NCBI RefSeq assembly: GCF_000829315.1
Contig: NZ_AP013028.1
Location: forward strand, 540,001-572,000
DNA length: 32,000 bases
Source of the DNA: Wolbachia endosymbiont of Cimex lectularius
GTDB taxonomy: Bacteria > Pseudomonadota > Alphaproteobacteria > Rickettsiales > Anaplasmataceae
Reading direction: 5' to 3'
The position numbers were made by a program, and so were the translations under genes. The notes under the pieces are model-generated. The model was given only the letters and a program-made list of their open reading frames with translations, searched no databases and was not told the DNA's origin. This document shows, piece by piece, positions 26,465 through 32,000 of this stretch; the stretch's first letter is position 1, and each line of letters opens with the position of its first letter.

Positions 26465-27505
26465 ATAACATAAGAAATATAAACCTGATCCAAATGAGAT
26501 GAATGAAAACACTTGGTGAGCTATAGCAATGGCTATTGGTATGTGCAGCAATAAAGTAATTACTCCTAAAATTACCTGAGTTAGGACAGAGAACAGCATG
26601 ACATATACCGGTTTTACACCGGCGTTTTTTATTGTGAGTATTACTGTCAGAACTAATATCAGCAATGCCAGTACTCGGTGTATGAATTGCACTGTTGCTC
26701 TGTTCTCAAAGATATTTAGCCATGTAGGCTGTAAAAAAAATAAATCTTCCGGAATGATATATCCGTCCATTAGTAGAAAGGTATTGTAAATTAAGCCAGC
26801 ATTTAATCCTGCAACAAACGTCCCGAAAGTTATTTGTATTACAATTAGAGCTAAGATTGTTCCTGTGTAATGTATAGTGTTGCCGCTAATCTTAAGTTTA
26901 GTCTGCTTTGGCCTGATTTGATAATCAAAAAATTGGTACGACAATAATGCAAAAATAGCCAATGCTAGCAGTAGGTGAAGTGCAAGCCTATAGTGGCTAA
27001 CATGAGGTTCAGCTATCAGACCACTTTTAACCATATACCAACCAGCGAGAGCTTGTAACGCTCCAAATAATAGTGCTATAGATAGCCTTACTACTGCCTT
27101 CTTAGTTATTCTTTTTCTAAGTATAAAGTATACAAACGGTAGGATGAAAACTAAACCTGTTAGCCTTGCAACCAATCTATGTACATATTCTATTAAATAT
27201 ATAGTGCGAAACTCCTCCATACTCATCCCATAATTAAATGTTTTATATTCAGGCGTAGTCTCATATTTCGATTTTTCTTGTAGCCAGTCTTGCTCACTCA
27301 GTGGTGGTAATGCTCCAGTAATGGGTTTCCACTCTGTGATAGACAATCCTGCTTTTGAAAGTCTGGTAAACCCGCCAATTCCTACCATAAGGATTACCAT
27401 GACAGAGCAAAGGAAGAGCCAAATAACTACGGATTTTGATTGCTTTTGTTCCATAAACCATGCTGAGTTTTGTTCCATCGCTGAGGATGAATGATAAATT
27501 CCCAC
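26438..27505 (-). CDS. ctaA: Heme A synthase (COX15/CtaA)
   Basis: [41 protein letters not shown] and FIHRVLALL histidine-bearing helices in a polytopic protein. The start is uncertain (27505, 27478 or 27454). The 3' end overlaps the pccA 3' end by 27 nt, convergently. Confidence 0.88.
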   Translation of the reverse strand: MGIYHSSSAMEQNSAWFMEQKQSKSVVIWLFLCSVMVILMVGIGGFTRLSKAGLSITEWKPITGALPPLSEQDWLQEKSKYETTPEYKTFNYGMSMEEFRTIYLIEYVHRLVARLTGLVFILPFVYFILRKRITKKAVVRLSIALLFGALQALAGWYMVKSGLIAEPHVSHYRLALHLLLALAIFALLSYQFFDYQIRPKQTKLKISGNTIHYTGTILALIVIQITFGTFVAGLNAGLIYNTFLLMDGYIIPEDLFFLQPTWLNIFENRATVQFIHRVLALLILVLTVILTIKNAGVKPVYVMLFSVLTQVILGVITLLLHIPIAIAIAHQVFSFISFGSGLYFLCYLRKSCIQS

Positions 27506-29042
27506 AAGGCAAAAAAAGCTGCAACGCTGTGTAGTAAATTATAGACAGGGAAGAATATTGATACTACATAAAAGTAAAAAGGCATCTTTTGCTGCTTGAT
27601 TGCTACTGCCAAGAGAATCAGGCTAGTAACGTATATCACTACAAAGTAGCACAAAAACAATTCATTTAAAACTTGAGTTAACATTAATGAAAGCAATAAA
27701 ATGGAGTAGTGAAAAATATAAAGGCTGCCGAGCCAACAAAAAGATTCAATAACAGAATTCCTTTGAGTCCATTGTGTCTATAAAGTGATCTTATATTTCT
27801 TAGATGGACAACATAAGTTTGCATATAACCTTTAATCCAACGCGCTCTTTGCTTGATCCAGGCAAACACAGTAGTTGGTGATTCTTCCAATGTTTCTGAG
27901 TCAATAATCCTAGTTTTATATCCCATTTGTGAAAGTCTCAAACCTAGATCAGCGTCTTCAGTGACATTATAAGCATCCCAGAGAAGCACTTTCCTTAAAA
28001 TTTCTACTGAAAAATGATTACTGCTACCACCCAAAGGTATCGGCATATTCATTCTTTGGAATCCAGGCAATAGGTACTGAAACCAGCTCATGTATTCTAA
28101 AGAGAAGGATTTCGTCAGAAAATTGTAATTATAATTGTAATCATTTAATCTTGCTTGCACACAGGCTAACTTATCGTCGCCCTTATTAAATTCAACCAAT
28201 GCTTTTTTTAATTGCAGTGGATCTGGCTTGTCATCTGCATCATATATTACTGCATACCTTCCTTTGGCAAAGCTCATGGCATAATTGCATGACTTAGCTT
28301 TTGTCTTAGGCAAAGAATGAGGCACTTTTATCACTTCAAAATATTGCGGTAAGGTATGTTCTTCTATAGCTGCAAGCATTCCCTGATCATCACTTTCTAT
28401 CAGAAGCTTCACATCTGATTTTGATTTTGGGTAATCCAAACTTTCAATGCTTTTAATCAATTGCTTTATCACTGCACCTTCTTTAAAGGCAGGCAATAAA
28501 ATTGTATATATAGGGAAATCTTCTTCGTTTATCTTATCATAATCTATTTTTCGATTGTAGGTTTCACATAAGCCAAAAACTGTAGTTATAAATTTGAACA
28601 AATAGCTAGAACATCCAACTATAAATATCAACATCAAAGCAAAGTATGTATACTTCTCTGTTAGTGTTAAAATTGAAGTTATAATAAAGAAAGAAGCAAA
28701 AAATATTGAGCTTAGTTTAATATTCTTGGCTGAAAAATCAGGACTTTTATGGTATAAATAGTTGTTTGCAAATTCTGAAATACCAAAGTGCGAGTTAAGA
28801 AAATCTAAAATCTGTTCACCATCTGCTTTTATTAGTACACAGCCATCACCGTAGTTAGCCTTGATCCAATGGTTGGTACCTTGACTCGCATCTTCAACCA
28901 TAAAAAAAGTAGTATTATTTAATTTTTGCCAAGGAACTATATTAAATTTGTAGTAAAAAAACTTTTCTTGCTCTTTACATAAACTGGAGTCAAGCTTGAT
29001 TTTTTCTATATCATTAACTTGAAGTATAGGCAGATGTTGCAT
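27427..29042 (-). pseudogene. Family 2 glycosyltransferase with T2SSE_N-like N-terminal domain and C-terminal TM region, interrupted by a 1-nt frameshift
   Basis: GT2 core: YTILLPAFKEGAVI, AVIYDADDKPDP, VTEDADLGLRL and QRARWIKG. ORF 27684-29042 stops at ..TTPFYCFH*. The adjacent frame (27427-27696 ORF) continues with TM helices and ..[25 protein letters not shown], the usual GT2 C-terminus. The break is at about 27690-27700. Confidence 0.8.
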
Positions 29043-29047
29043 TAAAT

Positions 29048-29524
29048 CTAATGCAATTTTTTATTTAAATCACGTGAAAGTGAAGATATGACCTCGCCGC
29101 TGCGCTTATCATCCTTGTGTTCCTGCATTATTTTTTTTACAGCGTCAGCGGCTATACTTGCTGTATTAGCTTGTAAATCTCCAATGGTTTTTTCAACTTG
29201 ATCAGTAACTTTCTTCAAATGAGAACGGGTATTATCATCTAACGTCTGGTCCAGCTGCTGTCTACTGTGTTTAATGATACTATTAGCCTTATCAAGAGCT
29301 TCATTCATCATTTTATTAACCTCTGCATCTAATCTTTTGTATTTTTCAGAAGACTCTCTGTAATACTCCAACATATCTCTTCTGAATTTTTCAACCTCTT
29401 CATTCGTAAGTTTGCTTTTGTTACGCTTATTGTTAAGAGCGTTTTTTATCACCTTCTTTAGTAATTTATATGAAAGGATAAAACCTACAAAAAAAGCAAG
29501 ACCGACAATCAGTGACGTAGACAT
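29048..29524 (-). CDS. atpF: F0F1 ATP synthase subunit b
   Basis: One N-terminal TM helix followed by a long charged coiled-coil (158 aa). It is the last gene of the atpB-atpE-b'-b cluster, as in alphaproteobacteria. Assigned mainly by architecture and synteny. Confidence 0.7.
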   Translation of the reverse strand: MSTSLIVGLAFFVGFILSYKLLKKVIKNALNNKRNKSKLTNEEVEKFRRDMLEYYRESSEKYKRLDAEVNKMMNEALDKANSIIKHSRQQLDQTLDDNTRSHLKKVTDQVEKTIGDLQANTASIAADAVKKIMQEHKDDKRSGEVISSLSRDLNKKLH

Positions 29525-29532
29525 AAAAACCT

Positions 29533-30012
29533 CTAGAATTCTTTAGATACCAAGCCAGCAACAAACTCCTCTTCAATTTCAGAATTGGTCAATTTACTGT
29601 AGTAAATTAAGGCAATACCAGTAGCTATTCGCTTTAGTTCATCAGTGTACTCAGATTTAAACCTTGCTACTTCTTCTTCAACAAGTTTGCTCATTTTTTT
29701 GTCTTCCTCTTCTAATATATCTTTCACACTTGCTCTCATTTCTTCTACTTGGATAAGTGCATTATCTACAACCTTTTTTGCTTGCGTTCTAGCTTCGCTT
29801 AAAGCCGCGTTATATTTAACAGTCTGGTTTTCTATAAGTTTTAGAAGGTGGACGGAACTATTAAAAGAATCCAGTGCCTTCTTACTTCTAGTGCTTATTA
29901 TTTCATCTAACTTTGGCAGAAATAAACAACTTACTACAAAAAAAAGTAAAGAGAAAAAAATTAAAAACCAAAAAACTTGAGAAAAGAAAGTTGAAACATC
30001 AAGCTGTGGCAT
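29533..30012 (-). CDS. atpG: F0F1 ATP synthase subunit b'
   Basis: The MPQLDVSTFFSQVFWFLIFFSLLFFV.. N-terminus (MPQLD..F.SQ.FW) is characteristic of alphaproteobacterial b/b' subunits. A coiled-coil tail follows. It is positioned after atpE. Confidence 0.8.
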   Translation of the reverse strand: MPQLDVSTFFSQVFWFLIFFSLLFFVVSCLFLPKLDEIISTRSKKALDSFNSSVHLLKLIENQTVKYNAALSEARTQAKKVVDNALIQVEEMRASVKDILEEEDKKMSKLVEEEVARFKSEYTDELKRIATGIALIYYSKLTNSEIEEEFVAGLVSKEF

Positions 30013-30015
30013 GTG

Positions 30016-30243
30016 TTAAGCAACAAACATCAATAACATTGCAAGGAGAAACGCAAGTAACCCCATAAATTCAACCATAGCAGCACCAATATAAACGTAA
30101 ATTTTCATTTTACCTTCCGATTCAGGGTTTCTTGCAAGCCCACTTAACATAGTAGAAAATATATTTGCTACACCAAGACCTGCCCCGAACATGCCAAGTA
30201 CGCTTAAACCAATCGCTATAAACTTTAAAGCTACTAAATCCAT
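30016..30243 (-). CDS. atpE: F0F1 ATP synthase subunit c
   Basis: 75-aa two-helix proteolipid with loop LARNPE and the conserved carboxylate helix ..AMVEFMGLLAFL... Confidence 0.95.
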   Translation of the reverse strand: MDLVALKFIAIGLSVLGMFGAGLGVANIFSTMLSGLARNPESEGKMKIYVYIGAAMVEFMGLLAFLLAMLLMFVA

Positions 30244-30302
30244 ATATCACCTTTAACTATTTCTTTATGTATTAATTATAAAATGTTCTAAAGAAAAGTC
30301 AA

Positions 30303-31028
30303 TTACTTTACTGCATCTGACAAATATACGCATGTTAATATAGTAAATATATAAGCCTGTAGAATTGCAACAAACACTTCAAACCCTATTAATGTGATTA
30401 TAAATAAAAACGGTATAGGGGTTAGAGTTACGTGCATATCCATAATAAACCCCGCTATCACTTTGATGATCGTATGACCCGCAATCATATTTGCTGCAAG
30501 CCTTATTGATAAACTTATAGGCCTTGCCAAGTAGGCAAATAGCTTAATGAAAACCATCATGGGCGCCAGCCATGACGGAGTGCCTTCAGGCAGCAATATG
30601 CGTAAAAATTTTACTCCCCTTTCTTTGAATCCAACAACCGTTGTATAAGTAAAAACTACCATCGATAAGGCAAAAGTAACTATCACATGACTTGTAACTG
30701 TAAAACTATAAGGAAGAACGCCTACTAAATTACACGACAAAGTGAAAATAAATACTGTAAATATCAACGAAATGTGCTCCAAGCCTTTGCTTCCAGTGTT
30801 ACTTTCTATTATTGAAATAACAAAATCGTATACACACTCAACTGCAGCCTGCAAATGTCCTGGTATTACTGATCCTTTCCTTACTCCCAAGAGCAAGAAG
30901 AATATAACTGATATTACTGAAATCATCATAAAAAGAGATGAGTTGGTAAAATTTATATCATGCCCAAATAGTTTGGGTAATTCTACTATTGTATGTATCT
31001 TAAACTGTTCTAGCGGATTTAACGCCAT
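30303..31028 (-). CDS. atpB: F0F1 ATP synthase subunit a
   Basis: 241-aa polytopic protein with [13 protein letters not shown] (essential Arg helix) and a C-terminal ..AYIFTILT..Y. Confidence 0.95.
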   Translation of the reverse strand: MALNPLEQFKIHTIVELPKLFGHDINFTNSSLFMMISVISVIFFLLLGVRKGSVIPGHLQAAVECVYDFVISIIESNTGSKGLEHISLIFTVFIFTLSCNLVGVLPYSFTVTSHVIVTFALSMVVFTYTTVVGFKERGVKFLRILLPEGTPSWLAPMMVFIKLFAYLARPISLSIRLAANMIAGHTIIKVIAGFIMDMHVTLTPIPFLFIITLIGFEVFVAILQAYIFTILTCVYLSDAVK

Positions 31029-31109
31029 ATTTCAACCCTATAAACTTAGACTGCAACAGTAAATAAAGTATAAATTTTATAAGGTAAAGTCAAGAGTTAA
31101 GATGATATA

Positions 31110-31134
31110 GGCTCTGTAGCACAGAGCCCTTTTT
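31110..31134. terminator. GC-rich hairpin between the 117-aa ORF and atpB
   Basis: GGCTCTG (31110-31116), loop TAGCA, CAGAGCC (31122-31128). The T-run CTTTTT follows on the plus strand only. On the minus strand, where both flanking genes lie, the hairpin sits 8 nt after the stop but is preceded by A5 and lacks a U-tract. Confidence 0.35.
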
Positions 31135-31136
31135 AC

Positions 31137-31490
31137 TCACTTCACTTTAAAACCGTAATTTTTAATACTATCTTTGATAGCCTGAATATCTGTTTCGATT
31201 GCAGCTTGAAACTTCACATTTATAGTAGGGTTATCACTTTCATGATCAAATTCAATTTTGTTGATAGACAAATCTTTTTGAAGGTTATCTTCAACACAGC
31301 TAGGAAATGTTAGCATTGTGTAATAAGTCATATCGTTTGGATCATGAGAACGATTATAGTCCAGCAAAGACACAGGGCCTTCCTCATTGTATCCCCATAT
31401 CCGTATAGATTCAGAACCTTCACGATGATTAAAAGAAGACTCAATGTTATATTCATTTGCTGGTAGTTCAAATGTTATTGTGTTATCCAT
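31137..31490 (-). CDS. Hypothetical acidic protein (117 aa)
   Basis: Clean ORF with no overlapping alternative. I recognise no motif, TM segment or signal peptide. Confidence 0.55.
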   Translation of the reverse strand: MDNTITFELPANEYNIESSFNHREGSESIRIWGYNEEGPVSLLDYNRSHDPNDMTYYTMLTFPSCVEDNLQKDLSINKIEFDHESDNPTINVKFQAAIETDIQAIKDSIKNYGFKVK

Positions 31491-31626
31491 AGCATTACCT
31501 AATTAATTAAAACTGTTATTATAATGTTGGTATATTAACAAAATATTTACTAGAGTGGCCAATTATAATCAGCGCTGTATTTCAAAAATTACTAAGTTGT
31601 TTAACATCCCGATTTAACATGCTATC

Positions 31627-32000
31627 TTAACTATTGAACAATTCTTTTTGTATAACATTTGCTAGCAAACAAAATTGTTCAATAGTTAAGTTTTCTGGAC
31701 GTTCGCTACCATTTAATTTAGCGTTTTCAAGAATGGTTTCAGCATGATTTGTTATATTTTGCAAGCTATTTCTTAGCATCTTTCTTCTTTGAGCAAAAAC
31801 AGCGCGCGTTAATTTTGTCAAAGTTTCCAAATTTACTGCAAATCTTTGGGTAGGTAAAGGATTTACTGTAATTACTGAAGAATGCACTTTCGGCCTTGGA
31901 AAAAACTCTTTAGGTTCAATATCAAATTCCTTTCTTATATTGCACAGCAACTGGCTTAGCACCGATAGAGAACCGTAGTCTTTGGAATTAGGTCTTGCTA
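31627..32000 (-). CDS. rsmA: 16S rRNA (adenine1518/1519-N6)-dimethyltransferase, C-terminal part (gene continues beyond the window end)
   Basis: ..FFPRPKVHSSVI...L..LTRAVFAQRRKMLRNSL...RPENLTIEQFCLLAN is the KsgA/RsmA C-terminal domain. The frame stays open upstream of the listed Met to position 32000 (..ARPNSKDYGSLSVLSQ..). Confidence 0.9.
   Translation of the reverse strand, partial: ARPNSKDYGSLSVLSQLLCNIRKEFDIEPKEFFPRPKVHSSVITVNPLPTQRFAVNLETLTKLTRAVFAQRRKMLRNSLQNITNHAETILENAKLNGSERPENLTIEQFCLLANVIQKELFNS

Noticed and set aside
28780-29042. c-di-GMP-binding MshEN motif in the N-terminal domain of the GT2 protein.
   Set aside because: The region upstream of the T2SSE_N-like core is only about 25 residues. 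I cannot see the paired RLG..(L/V/I)(L/V/I)..G.(L/V/I) motifs, so no c-di-GMP claim is made.

Overview
AT-rich, gene-dense alphaproteobacterial window. The gene set and order look like a Wolbachia-type Anaplasmataceae endosymbiont; this is my own recognition, not a search result. The backbone is housekeeping. On the minus strand: nuoA-nuoB-nuoC, a HIT protein, pgk, a TrxR-type ferredoxin-NADP reductase, prfA, gltX, ctaA, atpB-atpE-b'-b and rsmA. On the plus strand: murF, an ABC ATPase, tatA, exoD-like, cysS, engB, an argB-like gene, iscS and pccA. One tRNA-Arg(CCT) is present.

The accessory content is the more interesting part:
- Three nearly identical 860-861 bp IS5-family insertion sequences, each with 18-bp terminal inverted repeats and its own 3-bp TNA target duplication. 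Joining orfA to orfB needs a +1/-2 shift inside an A8 run.
- A non-coding repeat family (R1-R3) that I could not assign. Each copy opens with a near-perfect or perfect TTGACA-17-TATAAT promoter, carries conserved nested inverted repeats and internal ~120-140 bp modules, and has an IS copy in it or beside it. One IS splits the -10 hexamer.
- A signal-peptide protein with XendoU-like endoribonuclease motifs.
- An ArgB homologue with degenerate glycine motifs.
- A GT2 glycosyltransferase with a T2SSE_N-like N-terminus.
- An ankyrin/TM protein and two orphan proteins.
- Five single-nucleotide frame disruptions: an NDUFA9-like epimerase, an MFS transporter, the GT2, IS copy 3, and the 5' end of cysS. 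The cysS break sits on an A AAA AAG motif.

No CRISPR array, rRNA or prophage module is visible. No clearly novel multi-gene system can be demonstrated from the sequence alone. The R-element/IS association is the best candidate for follow-up.
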